DNA of 64,000 nt, from assembly GCA_050248715.1 (NCBI GenBank), contig JBFWRV010000025.1, forward strand, positions 802 to 64,801. The letters run 5' to 3'. This stretch comes from Hyphomicrobiaceae bacterium (GTDB taxonomy: Bacteria > Pseudomonadota > Alphaproteobacteria > Rhizobiales > Hyphomicrobiaceae). A model generated the notes under the pieces. That model saw only the letters and a program-made list of their open reading frames with translations, had not been told where the DNA came from and did not search any database. Of the stretch, positions 37,524-46,372 are shown piece by piece. How positions within the stretch are numbered: position 1 is the first letter of the stretch; every line of letters starts with the position of its first letter. The position numbers were made by a program, and so were the translations under genes.

Positions 37524-38228
37524 TTGGAATCAACCCTCTACCTGCCGGTCAAGCGCTTCCTCGAAAAGATGGGCTTCGAGGTCAAGGGCGAGATTTGCGG
37601 CTGCGACCTGGTCGCCCTGCGCGGGGGCGAGCCGGCGGCGGTCGTGATCGGTGAGCTCAAGCTGTCCTTCACGCTCGATTTGGTGCTGCAGGCCGTCGAC
37701 CGGACCGCGGCCAGCGACGAGGTCTGGCTGGCGGTGCGCGCCTCGCGGCGCGGCCGCGGGCGCGAGAGTGATGCCCGCGTCAAGAAGCTGTGCCGCTTCC
37801 TGGGCTTCGGCCTTCTCGCCGTCACCGCCACGGGCAAGGTGGAGGTGATCGTCGAGCCCGTGCCCTGGCGGCCGCGGCGGGACGCCAAGCGCCGCTCCAG
37901 GATCGTCGACGAGCATCGCAGGCGCCAGGGCGATCCCGCATCGGGTGGCAGCACACGGCTGCCCATCATGACCGCCTACCGCCAGCAGGCCCTGGCCTGC
38001 GCGGCGGCGCTGGCTGAGGCGCCGGCCCGGCCCCGCGAGCTGAAGATTAATGTGCCGGATGCGCCGAAAATCCTGCTCAGGAATGTCTACGGCTGGTTCG
38101 TGCGCGTCGAGCGCGGCGTCTACGCGCTGTCGGATGCCGGCAAGGCCGCCCTGGTGCGCTGGAAGTCGCACCTGCCGGCGCCCGCGGATCGGGATGCCGC
38201 CAGCCCCGTCCTTCTTCCGGCCGAGTGA
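37524..38228 (+). CDS. Conserved hypothetical protein with PD-(D/E)xK-like N-terminal motif and C-terminal winged-helix-like region
   Basis: TTG start. ...GCD28LVAL-x12-VIGE44LK46LSF fits D-x(n)-E-x-K. The C-terminal part reads NVYGWFVRVERGVYALSDAG. I recall this family as DUF2161 but cannot verify it. Confidence 0.6.
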   Translation: MESTLYLPVKRFLEKMGFEVKGEICGCDLVALRGGEPAAVVIGELKLSFTLDLVLQAVDRTAASDEVWLAVRASRRGRGRESDARVKKLCRFLGFGLLAVTATGKVEVIVEPVPWRPRRDAKRRSRIVDEHRRRQGDPASGGSTRLPIMTAYRQQALACAAALAEAPARPRELKINVPDAPKILLRNVYGWFVRVERGVYALSDAGKAALVRWKSHLPAPADRDAASPVLLPAE

Positions 38229-38305
38229 TGCCGCCGTTCAAAAGAGCGCGGCCGAACCACCGCGTCACACCCCGGGGCCTTACCTGACCTCTGATAGTGC
38301 GGCAA

Positions 38306-38330
38306 CGTCATCTCCGCGGAGGCGGAGACC
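38306..38330. repeat. Family E-like hairpin (CGTCATCTCCGCGGAGGCGGAGACC)
   Basis: Stem TCTCCGC/GCGGAGA. Confidence 0.5.
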
Positions 38331-38493
38331 CACGCCAGTCTCCATTTGCAGGATGAGCGTTGCGCGGATGCCCGCCGTGCCGGAGGCACGTCTTCGACGT
38401 GATGTGGGCATGACGTCCGTCATGAGGCAACGGGCCAAGAGACGGCGCTTGCTGATTGGGCGGATCGCAGTGCAGCCCGCTTCAGGTGGACCA

Positions 38494-40197
38494 TCAGCCA
38501 CGGATCAGATCGGCGATGCGCTCGGCCAGCATCAGGGTCGGCGTGTTGGTGTTGGCGCGCGGAATGGTGGGCATGAGCGAGGCATCGCAGACGCGCAAGC
38601 CTTCGAGTCCGTGCACCTTGCCGGCGCCGTCGCTCACCGCGAGGGGATCGCCGGCCGCGCCCATGCGGCAGGTGCCCGAGGCGTGCCACACGCCACCCAC
38701 GGAGGAGCCGATGAAGCGCGTCAGCGCGGCGTCGTCGGCGAGCAGGTGGTCGAGCCGCAGGCCGAGCGTCACGACGCTGTGGATCAGCCAGGGGCGCAGG
38801 CCGCCCGCGTGGTCCAGCATGGCCGCGAGCAGCCGCCGCTGGGTCGCGTTGAGTGCACCCGGGCCGGCAAGCCGCGCCACGCGCTCCGAGTAGCTGGTCG
38901 GGAATGCCGGGCCGCATTGGCGCCGCATCAGCGGGTCGGTGAGCAGCTTGGCGCCCAGCCGGAAGCCGGCTTTCAGCCGCTCCATGTCGCGCCAGTCGGA
39001 CAGCAGGCGGAAGTCGACCAGGGGCTCCTCGCGCGCGTCGCTGGAGCGCAGGCTGACGCTGCCGCGCGAATAGGATTTGTTGACCCAGATGAACAGGGTG
39101 CCGACGCGCTGGCCCACCTCGTGCCAGCCCGAGCGGGCGATCATGGCGAGATGCATGTCGCCTTCCGGCGAATCGGCGATTCCCGATGAGAAGCGCAGGA
39201 TGGCGTGATCGTGATGCTCGTTGAGGTCCGTGAGCCGGAACGCAGGTGGCAGATAGGTGGAGACCGCGGTCGAGGGATGCTCCATCAGGTTGCGGCCGAC
39301 GCCGGCCAGCGCGGCAACGACCGGAATATCCAGGCGCTGCAGATCCGCTGCTGGGCCGACCCCGCTGCGCATCAGCAGCGCCGGGGTATGGATCGCGCCG
39401 CAGCTGACGATGGTTTCGCCGGCCGTGAGCGTCATGGCTCCGCCGGCGCGGCCATTGGCCGGGACGACGACGGCGCCCGTGCAGCGCAGGCCGTCGAACA
39501 CCAGCCGCTCGGCCATCAGGTCGGTGCGCACCTCGAGATTGGGGCGCTGCCGCACCTCGGGCGTGAGATAGACGATCGACGCCGGCACCCGCTCGCCCGC
39601 GTCGCTCGTGGCGATGGCGCCGACGTAGACGCCGTCGGTCCATTCGCCGTTCTGGTCTGGCTTTGCGGGATGGCCGCGCGCCACCAGCGTCTCGCACAGC
39701 GCCTTCACGAACGGGGACATGCGTTCGGGCTTGATGCGCCGGATCGGAATGGGGCCGCTGCGACCGTGGTAATGGGGATCGTCAAAGTCGCAGTCGCGTT
39801 CGAGCTTGCGGAAGTAGGGCAGGGCGGCGTCCCAGGACCAGCCCGCGGCGCCCAGCGCGCCCCACTCGTCGTAGTCGCCGGGGGCGCCGCGGTTGGCCAC
39901 CATGGCGTTGACCGCCGAGCCGCCGCCGAGCACCCGGCCCTGCTCGTAGCGGCGCGGCGCGCGGCTGTCGGTGTTGCCGAGGGGCGCCCCCATGTAGGCG
40001 GTGAGCGCGCCCCAGATGTTGTCGGGATCGAGAAAGGCGCGACCGGGATAGCGGGTGCGGATCGTGTCCGGCATGGTCTCGGGCGTCAGGTCGCGCCCCG
40101 CCTCGACGAGGGTGACCTTGTTGCGAGGATTTTCCGACAGGCGCGCGGCCAGGACGCAGCCGGCGGAGCCGCCGCCGAGCACAAGGTAGTCTTGCAT
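38494..40197 (-). CDS. GMC family oxidoreductase (choline-dehydrogenase-like flavoprotein)
   Basis: DYLVLGGGSAGCVLAARLSE FAD motif, GGGSAVNAM, and C-terminal HASGTCRMG. Confidence 0.9.
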   Translation of the reverse strand: MQDYLVLGGGSAGCVLAARLSENPRNKVTLVEAGRDLTPETMPDTIRTRYPGRAFLDPDNIWGALTAYMGAPLGNTDSRAPRRYEQGRVLGGGSAVNAMVANRGAPGDYDEWGALGAAGWSWDAALPYFRKLERDCDFDDPHYHGRSGPIPIRRIKPERMSPFVKALCETLVARGHPAKPDQNGEWTDGVYVGAIATSDAGERVPASIVYLTPEVRQRPNLEVRTDLMAERLVFDGLRCTGAVVVPANGRAGGAMTLTAGETIVSCGAIHTPALLMRSGVGPAADLQRLDIPVVAALAGVGRNLMEHPSTAVSTYLPPAFRLTDLNEHHDHAILRFSSGIADSPEGDMHLAMIARSGWHEVGQRVGTLFIWVNKSYSRGSVSLRSSDAREEPLVDFRLLSDWRDMERLKAGFRLGAKLLTDPLMRRQCGPAFPTSYSERVARLAGPGALNATQRRLLAAMLDHAGGLRPWLIHSVVTLGLRLDHLLADDAALTRFIGSSVGGVWHASGTCRMGAAGDPLAVSDGAGKVHGLEGLRVCDASLMPTIPRANTNTPTLMLAERIADLIRG

Positions 40198-40409
40198 AAG
40201 AGTCGTCTTTTTTGAGCGTTTCGATCCCTGCCCGCATGATCTGCGGAATTGCCGCGGCTGGCAACGATCCCGCGAGGGAACCTCACGCCGTCACGCTCGT
40301 TCACAGGTTGGCGAGACTACTGCAACTCGTGGGGTGGGTGTCCTACATGAAGGGGGGCAGAGGGTCAGATTCCCAGAGACGATCTCCGCGACGGTAGAGA
40401 GCGTTGAAC

Positions 40410-40550
40410 ATGCTGGACAAAATCTCATCGGAACTGCGCGAGATCGTGTGGCTCGCTTCCGTCGTCGGTGGTCTGTCGATCGTGGGCGTGTCACTCGCCC
40501 TGGTGGCGGCTTTCGCTGTGGAGCGCCTTTCCGTCATCCCGCACGTCTGA
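40410..40550 (+). CDS. Possible 46-aa single-TM peptide
   Basis: MLDKISSELREIVWLASVVGGLSIVGVSLALVAAFAVERLSVIPHV has one clear TM helix but no convincing RBS. Confidence 0.25.
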   Translation: MLDKISSELREIVWLASVVGGLSIVGVSLALVAAFAVERLSVIPHV

Positions 40551-40739
40551 CGTCGCGCGACGGCGCGGCGCGTGGACCTGATCCCCCGCCAGGAACGCCA
40601 CCGGACACTCAGATCGCCTTTTCGCGTGTGAGGATCGCTGCCCCCCAGGGGGCAGATGCGCGGCATGGGCTGTTGGCGCGGGGCCCGCCTCGCACCATAG
40701 TTGCCGCGAACGACCTGGAGCGAACCCGCGGAGCATGAC

Positions 40740-41681
40740 ATGGCAAGCTTGGCCGCCTTCGGGCTGGACGTCGGCATCTACGGCGCCACGGCCGAGCCCG
40801 AGACGATCCTGCGGCTCGCCCGGCATGCGGAGGAGGCCGGCTTCGACTCGATCTGGCTTGCCGATCACGTGGTCTTCCCCGTCTCGTATGCCTCGCGCTA
40901 CCCCTACAGCGCCGGCGGCGCCTTCCCGGCGCAACTGTCCGAGCCCTTGATGGAGCCGATCGCCACCATGGGCGTGCTCGTCGGCGCCACGCGGCGCGTC
41001 CGCATCGGCACGGCCGTCCTGGTGATGCCCTACCGCAATCCCCTGCTGCTTGCGCGCATGCTGGTGACGCTCGACCGCTTCTCCGGCGGCCGCATCGTGC
41101 TGGGCGCCGGGGTGGGCTGGCTGGAGGAGGAGTTCAAGGCTCTCGACAGCTTCGACTTCAAGAAGCGCGGCCGCGTGACCGACGAGTATATCGAGATCTT
41201 CAAGGCCATCTCGGCCGGCGGCGAGGTCGGCTATCAGGGCGAGACCTACGCCTTCGAGCCCGTTTACTCGTCGCCCGGTTCGGTGCAGCGCCCGCATCCG
41301 CCAATCCTGATCGGTGGCATTGCCGACGCCGCGCTGCGCCGTGTCGTGCGTCACGGCGACGGATGGCTCGCCGTGTTTGCGCCGCCGGCAGCCTTGCCGG
41401 AGCGCCTGGGCGTGCTGCGCCGCCTTGCCGAGGAGGCCGGGCGGCCGTTCCGAAATCTCTCGCTCATCTACAAGCTGTTTCTCCAGATCGGCGAGGCGAA
41501 GCGGGGCCCCGATGGCGCACGGGAGACCGGCACCGGCTCGGCCGCCGACATCGCCGACGACGTGCGCCGGCTGTTCGACCTCGGCTTCCAAAAGATCATC
41601 GTGCGCTGCCGCGGGGCCAGCGCGGCCGACGTGATGGACCAGGTTGCGCGCTTTTCCGACACGGTGTTGCCGGCGGTGTAG
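40740..41681 (+). CDS. Luciferase-like (LLM class) flavin/F420-type oxidoreductase
   Basis: AEEAGFDSIWLADHVVFP, RIGTAVLVMPYRNP, RIVLGAGVGWLEEEF. Confidence 0.85.
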   Translation: MASLAAFGLDVGIYGATAEPETILRLARHAEEAGFDSIWLADHVVFPVSYASRYPYSAGGAFPAQLSEPLMEPIATMGVLVGATRRVRIGTAVLVMPYRNPLLLARMLVTLDRFSGGRIVLGAGVGWLEEEFKALDSFDFKKRGRVTDEYIEIFKAISAGGEVGYQGETYAFEPVYSSPGSVQRPHPPILIGGIADAALRRVVRHGDGWLAVFAPPAALPERLGVLRRLAEEAGRPFRNLSLIYKLFLQIGEAKRGPDGARETGTGSAADIADDVRRLFDLGFQKIIVRCRGASAADVMDQVARFSDTVLPAV

Positions 41682-41698
41682 GCGATGGCTCGCCCGCT

Positions 41699-41825
41699 GT
41701 CCTGCCGGGCAAGGGCGCCAGCCCGAGAGCCGGAGCCCAGGGCAGCACGTGGTGCGCACGGAACGCGCGGTTCCTGGGTTCCGGATATTTCGCTATCGCG
41801 AAATTCCGGAATGACGGCAACCGGA
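41699..41825. repeat. REP/MITE-like element, family A
   Basis: Near-identical core to the 7139 copy (GCCAGCCCGAGAGCCGGAGCCCAGGG ... CCTGGGTTCCGGATATTTCGCTATCGCGAAATTCCGGAATGAC). Confidence 0.8.
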
Positions 41826-41982
41826 GCTGACGCGGAGCCATAACTGAGCTCCCGTTCAACGAAGGCGTTGGGGCCACGCGGTGCGGCTGCGTGAGATGCA
41901 TGCAACGGCTGCAAGAATGCGGTTTGACGCTGGCGTTGCTGCTTAGCACGATGGGGTCAACGACAAACCCAGAGGACGCCCA

Positions 41983-43074
41983 ATGGCCAAGACGAAGTTC
42001 GGCATATTCAGCCTCAGCCAGTTCCCCGATCTCTCCCGTGTGGTGGAGAGCTTCGACGACGATCTCTCCTTCTTCGAGCTGGCGGAGAAGCTGGGCTACG
42101 ACAAGGTCTGGATCGCCGAGCATCTCTTCTCCACCTACGGGCTCGTCACCTCGACCCAGGTCTATGCCGCGGCCATCGCCCAGCGCACCAAGAAGCTGCG
42201 CATCGGCATGGCCGTGTGCGCGATTCCCTTCAACCATCCCTTGCGCACCGCCTCCGACTTCGCCCTTGTCGACATCCTCTCGCACGGCCGGCTCGACTTC
42301 GGCGTCGGCCGCGCCTACCAGCCGCACGAGTTCGTCGGCCTCGGCGTGCCCATGGACAAGAGCCGCGAGATGCTGGCCGAAGGCCTCGACATCGTGTTGA
42401 AGTCGTGGACGCAGGAGAAGATCACCTACCAGGGCAAGTTCTGGACCATCCCCGAGCCGGTCGAGGTGCTGCCCAAGCCCGTGCAGCAGCCCTATCCGCC
42501 CGTCTACCAGGCTACCATCAGTCCCGAAAGCTTCGAGCAGGCGGCCAGGGCCGGCATCCACATCCAGATGGCCTCGCCCTTCACCTATCGCACCTACCGC
42601 GAGACGTGGATGGAGGAGCTGGAGAAGAGCTGCCGGCACTACGAAAAGGTGTGCCGCGATCTGGGGCGCGACCCGAATGCGGCGGAGCGCATGCTGCTGC
42701 TGCCGTTCTTTGTGCACGAGGACGGCAAGAAGGCGCAGGAGATCTACAAGAAGCACGTGGAGTGGTTCTACGCCAAGGTGACTGCCAATCAGCTGGCCGG
42801 CGCACCGCAGACGGGCGAGATCAAGGGTTACGAGCTCACGATGCGCGAGGGCAAGAAGACGCGCGAGATGGGCTACCTGTCGTTCGAGAAGCTGCACCAG
42901 TACGGCGCCTGCATCGCCGACGATCCCGAAACCTGCGTCGCCAAGCTCAGGGACATGAAGCGGCGGTTCGGCGTGACCGAGTTCGTGCTGTGGTTCAACA
43001 TCGGCGGCATCGACAAGGCGCACGTGGAGCGCGCCATGAAGCTGGCGGCCGAGAAGGTTCTGCCCAACGTGTAG
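41983..43074 (+). CDS. Luciferase-like (LLM class) flavin-dependent oxidoreductase/monooxygenase
   Basis: LGYDKVWIAEHLFS, RIGMAVCAIPFNHP, GRLDFGVGRAYQPHEF. Confidence 0.85.
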   Translation: MAKTKFGIFSLSQFPDLSRVVESFDDDLSFFELAEKLGYDKVWIAEHLFSTYGLVTSTQVYAAAIAQRTKKLRIGMAVCAIPFNHPLRTASDFALVDILSHGRLDFGVGRAYQPHEFVGLGVPMDKSREMLAEGLDIVLKSWTQEKITYQGKFWTIPEPVEVLPKPVQQPYPPVYQATISPESFEQAARAGIHIQMASPFTYRTYRETWMEELEKSCRHYEKVCRDLGRDPNAAERMLLLPFFVHEDGKKAQEIYKKHVEWFYAKVTANQLAGAPQTGEIKGYELTMREGKKTREMGYLSFEKLHQYGACIADDPETCVAKLRDMKRRFGVTEFVLWFNIGGIDKAHVERAMKLAAEKVLPNV

Positions 43075-43398
43075 GCAGTGCAGGGGGGGCCAGCCCGTTT
43101 CGCATGCGGGTGCGTCGCCCCTGCGCATTGCCAGCGGCGGGCCGACCGTCCCATTCGACGAACCAGGCGCCATCTCCGCGAAGGGGGAGATCGGCGCAAC
43201 TCGAGGTAGTTTGGCCTTTGCATGGTGCGGATGCCAGCTGCGAGCGTTGCGTGCGAATGGGCTGCGGGGCGGCCCGGTGCGCTCTGCTTCCCTGTCCGGG
43301 AAAAAGGCGTAATCTGACCGACGAGGGGTTCTTCCAGGGCCTGAAGCGGGAGCATTTCTGCCCCGCCAGCCGCCACCCCGACAAACCGGAGGAAGCGT

Positions 43399-45057
43399 AT
43401 GGGCAAGATCGACGGCGCCACCTTGATGGCGAAGAGCCTGAAGCAGCAGGGCGTGGACTATATGTTCGGCATCGTCGGCTTCCCGGTGCAGCCGATTGCC
43501 GCCGCGGCGCAGAAGGCCGGCATCAAGTACATCGGCATGCGCAACGAGCAGGCGGCCTCCTATGCGGCGCAGGCCGCGGGCTACCTCACCGGCCGCCCCG
43601 GCGCCTGCCTCGTGGTGTCCGGCCCCGGTGTCGTGCACGGCCTCGCGGGTCTCGCCAACGCACAGCAGAACTGCTGGCCGATGATCCTGATCGGCGGCGC
43701 CTCGCCCACCTACCAGAACGCCATGGGCGGCTTCCAGGAGGAGCGGCAGGTGCAGATCGCCTCGCCGTTCTGCAAGTTCGCGCACGCGGTGGAGCACACG
43801 AACCGTATCCCCTTCTATGTCGAGCTGGCCGTGCGCCAGTCGATATACGGCCGTCCCGGCGCCAGCTACCTCGACATGCCCGATGACATCATCCAGGGCC
43901 AGGTGGACGAGGAGAAGGTACCGATCCTGCCCAAGTGCCCCGAGCCGCCACGCACGCAGGCGATGCCGGAGGACGTGGATAAGGCTCTGAACGCCCTGCA
44001 GTCGGCCGAGCGACCGCTGGTGATCGTCGGCAAGGGCATGGCCTGGTCGCGCGCGGAGGACGAGGTGCGCGCGTTCATCGAGCGCACGCGCCTGCCGTTC
44101 CTGGCGTCTCCCATGGGCAAGGGCGTGCTCGACGACAACCATCCGCTTTCGGTCGGTGCCGCGCGCAGCCACGCGCTGAAAGAAGCCGACGTGATCTTCG
44201 TGATGGGCGCGCGGCTCAACTGGATCATGCACTACGGCCAGCCGCCGCGTTTCAACAAGAACGTGCGCGTGGTGCAGCTCGACATCGCGCCCGAGGCGAT
44301 CGGCAACAACGTGCCGACGGAAGTGGCGCTGGTGGGCGACGGCAAGGCCATCGTGGGCCAGCTCAACAAGGCATTGCAGAGCCGGCAGTGGTTCTATCCG
44401 GCCGACACGCCCTGGCACACCGCCATCAAGCAGAAGGCGGCCGACAACGCCAAGTCGATCCAGCCCATGATCGACGACAACTCGACGCCGACCAACTACT
44501 ACCGCGCGTTGAAGGACATCCGCGCCTGGGCACCGGCCAACGCCGTCATCATCGGCGAGGGTGCCAACACCATGGACATCGGCCGCACGCAGCTGCCGAA
44601 TGCCGCGCCGCGCCTGCGCCTCGACGCCGGCACCTATGGCACCATGGGGATCGGCATGGGGTTCGCCATCGCCGCGGCGGTGGTGCATCCCGACAAGCCG
44701 ATCATCTCGGTCTCGGGCGACAGCGCGCTCGGCTTCTCCGGCATGGAGATCGAGACGGCATGCCGCTACCGGCTGCCCGTGAAGGTCGTGGTGCTCAACA
44801 ACGGCGGCATCGGCAGCGGCGTGGAGGAGCTGCCCGCCAACCGCTTCGACAGCCCGCCGCGCACTCTGACCGTCGGCGCCCGCTACGACCGCATGATGGA
44901 AGCCTTCGGCGGCAAGGGCTGGTACATCGAGGATCCCAAGCACCTGCGCGCGGCCCTCGACGAGGCCATGAACTTCAAAGGTCCGGCGCTGGTGAACGTG
45001 AAGCTCCACCCCGACGCCACCCGCAAGCCGCAGGAGTTCCGCTGGCTGACGACGTAA
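43399..45057 (+). CDS. ThDP-dependent Oxc-family enzyme, 2-hydroxyacyl-CoA lyase-like paralogue
   Basis: Same fold order as oxc ([64 protein letters not shown]), but GGFQEERQ replaces the Oxc GDYEEMDQ segment. Confidence 0.85.
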   Translation: MGKIDGATLMAKSLKQQGVDYMFGIVGFPVQPIAAAAQKAGIKYIGMRNEQAASYAAQAAGYLTGRPGACLVVSGPGVVHGLAGLANAQQNCWPMILIGGASPTYQNAMGGFQEERQVQIASPFCKFAHAVEHTNRIPFYVELAVRQSIYGRPGASYLDMPDDIIQGQVDEEKVPILPKCPEPPRTQAMPEDVDKALNALQSAERPLVIVGKGMAWSRAEDEVRAFIERTRLPFLASPMGKGVLDDNHPLSVGAARSHALKEADVIFVMGARLNWIMHYGQPPRFNKNVRVVQLDIAPEAIGNNVPTEVALVGDGKAIVGQLNKALQSRQWFYPADTPWHTAIKQKAADNAKSIQPMIDDNSTPTNYYRALKDIRAWAPANAVIIGEGANTMDIGRTQLPNAAPRLRLDAGTYGTMGIGMGFAIAAAVVHPDKPIISVSGDSALGFSGMEIETACRYRLPVKVVVLNNGGIGSGVEELPANRFDSPPRTLTVGARYDRMMEAFGGKGWYIEDPKHLRAALDEAMNFKGPALVNVKLHPDATRKPQEFRWLTT

Positions 45058-45141
45058 GGCGCAGCGGGCGCGTCGGCCTTGGCCTCTCTTAACGGGGAGA
45101 GGTAGGGTCGGGAAAGGCTCCCGCCCTCAGCTCTTGGTTTA

Positions 45142-45230
45142 CCCCCCACCCCCGACCCCTCCCCGCAAGGGGGAGGGGAGGCCGGCGCCTGGATTGCGGA
45201 TATTTCGCTGACGCGAAATTCCGGAATGAC
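45142..45230. repeat. Composite: family C hairpin (45142-45180) + half family A element (45188-45230)
   Basis: CCCCTCCCCGCAAGGGGGAGGGG followed by GGATATTTCGCTGACGCGAAATTCCGGAATGAC. Confidence 0.75.
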
Positions 45231-45233
45231 AGC

Positions 45234-46133
45234 TCAGTCCAGCTCCAGGCCGTCCATGCCGGAGTTCTTGCGCACCTTGGCGAGCATGGCGCGCACCTGG
45301 GCGCCGGCTTCGGCGGGCTCGGCGACCTGCTTCACCTCGGCGCCGCGGCGCCAGCCCTCGCATACGGCGATGCGGCCGAAGCCCGCCTGGATGACGCGTC
45401 CCGTGATGTCCTGCGCCTCCTCGCTCGCCAGGTAGACGACCGTCGGCGAGACCCACTTGGGATCGCGCATGGCGCGCTCCTCGTCGGTGATCTGGCGCAG
45501 GCCCTCGGTCATGCGCGTCTGCGCGGAAGGAGAGATGGCGTTGACGGTGACGCCGTAGCGGCGCAGCTCGCGTGCGGCGATGATGGTGAAGGCAGCGATG
45601 CCGGCCTTGGCGGCGCCGTAGTTGGTCTGGCCGATGTTGCCGTAGATGCCCGACGTCGAACTCGTGTTGATGATGCGGCCCTTGACCGGCCCGCCGATCT
45701 TCTTGCTCTCGTCGCGCCAGTAGGCGGCAGCGTGGCGGGAGGGCGCGAACGTGCCCTTAAGGTGCACCTGGATCACCGCGTCCCACTCCGCCTCGTCCAT
45801 ATTGGCGAGCATGCGGTCGCGCAGGATGCCGGCGTTGTTGATGAGGATGTCGAGCCTGCCGAAGCGGGCGATGGCGGCGTCGACCATGGCCTTGGCGCCC
45901 TTCCAGCTGCTCACGTCCTCGCCATTGGTCATGGCCTCGCCGCCGGCCTTCTCGATCAGGGCGACCACCTCGTTGGCGGGCGACGCGTCCCGGCCCGAGC
46001 CGTCGAGACCGGCGCCGATGTCATTGACTACGACCTTGGCGCCGTGGGCTGCGAGCAGCAGCGCGTGCTCGCGCCCCAGCCCCCGTCCCGCACCCGTGAC
46101 AATTGCAACCCGTCCCTCGCACAAGCGACCCAT
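45234..46133 (-). CDS. SDR, MFE-2/(R)-3-hydroxyacyl-CoA dehydrogenase-like
   Basis: VTGAGRGLGREHAL, NNAGILRDRML, YGAAKAG. The ATG at 46133 comes after the upstream artefact. Confidence 0.85.
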   Translation of the reverse strand: MGRLCEGRVAIVTGAGRGLGREHALLLAAHGAKVVVNDIGAGLDGSGRDASPANEVVALIEKAGGEAMTNGEDVSSWKGAKAMVDAAIARFGRLDILINNAGILRDRMLANMDEAEWDAVIQVHLKGTFAPSRHAAAYWRDESKKIGGPVKGRIINTSSTSGIYGNIGQTNYGAAKAGIAAFTIIAARELRRYGVTVNAISPSAQTRMTEGLRQITDEERAMRDPKWVSPTVVYLASEEAQDITGRVIQAGFGRIAVCEGWRRGAEVKQVAEPAEAGAQVRAMLAKVRKNSGMDGLELD

Positions 46134-46372
46134 GGCACGCGCCTCCCGACTAGCTCTTGTGCTTTCAGTTTGTTTCGCGCGGCGATCCCGCGCAAGATAG
46201 GGCGACCACATCGTAAGGAGAAAGCCCCGTGGCCGAGGGGCGTGACCGCTGTTTGCCTTGAGGCGGGTACAGGAGCTTGCGGAGGGTGGATGGTCGCGGC
46301 AAACCCGACCGTGACACGTTCCGGACTGATCGCACCAGCGGGAGCACAAGGACCGCATGCAGGGGGATGCCG

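Noticed and set aside
38050-39697. Long plus- and minus-frame ORFs (379 aa, 425 aa) overlapping the GMC oxidoreductase gene
   Set aside because: They are alternative frames of a gene with clear GMC motifs in the 38494-40197 minus frame. Their composition is Arg/Ala/Gly-rich, which marks them as artefacts.
40334-40738. 134-aa ORF upstream of the first LLM gene
   Set aside because: It has no RBS or motif and its composition is typical of non-coding high-GC sequence. Only the embedded 46-aa TM peptide (40410-40550) is listed, at low confidence.
41596-45009. 1137-aa ORF on the minus strand
   Set aside because: It is antisense to the LLM oxidoreductase and the HACL-like gene. It is the same high-GC open-frame artefact and has no recognisable domain.
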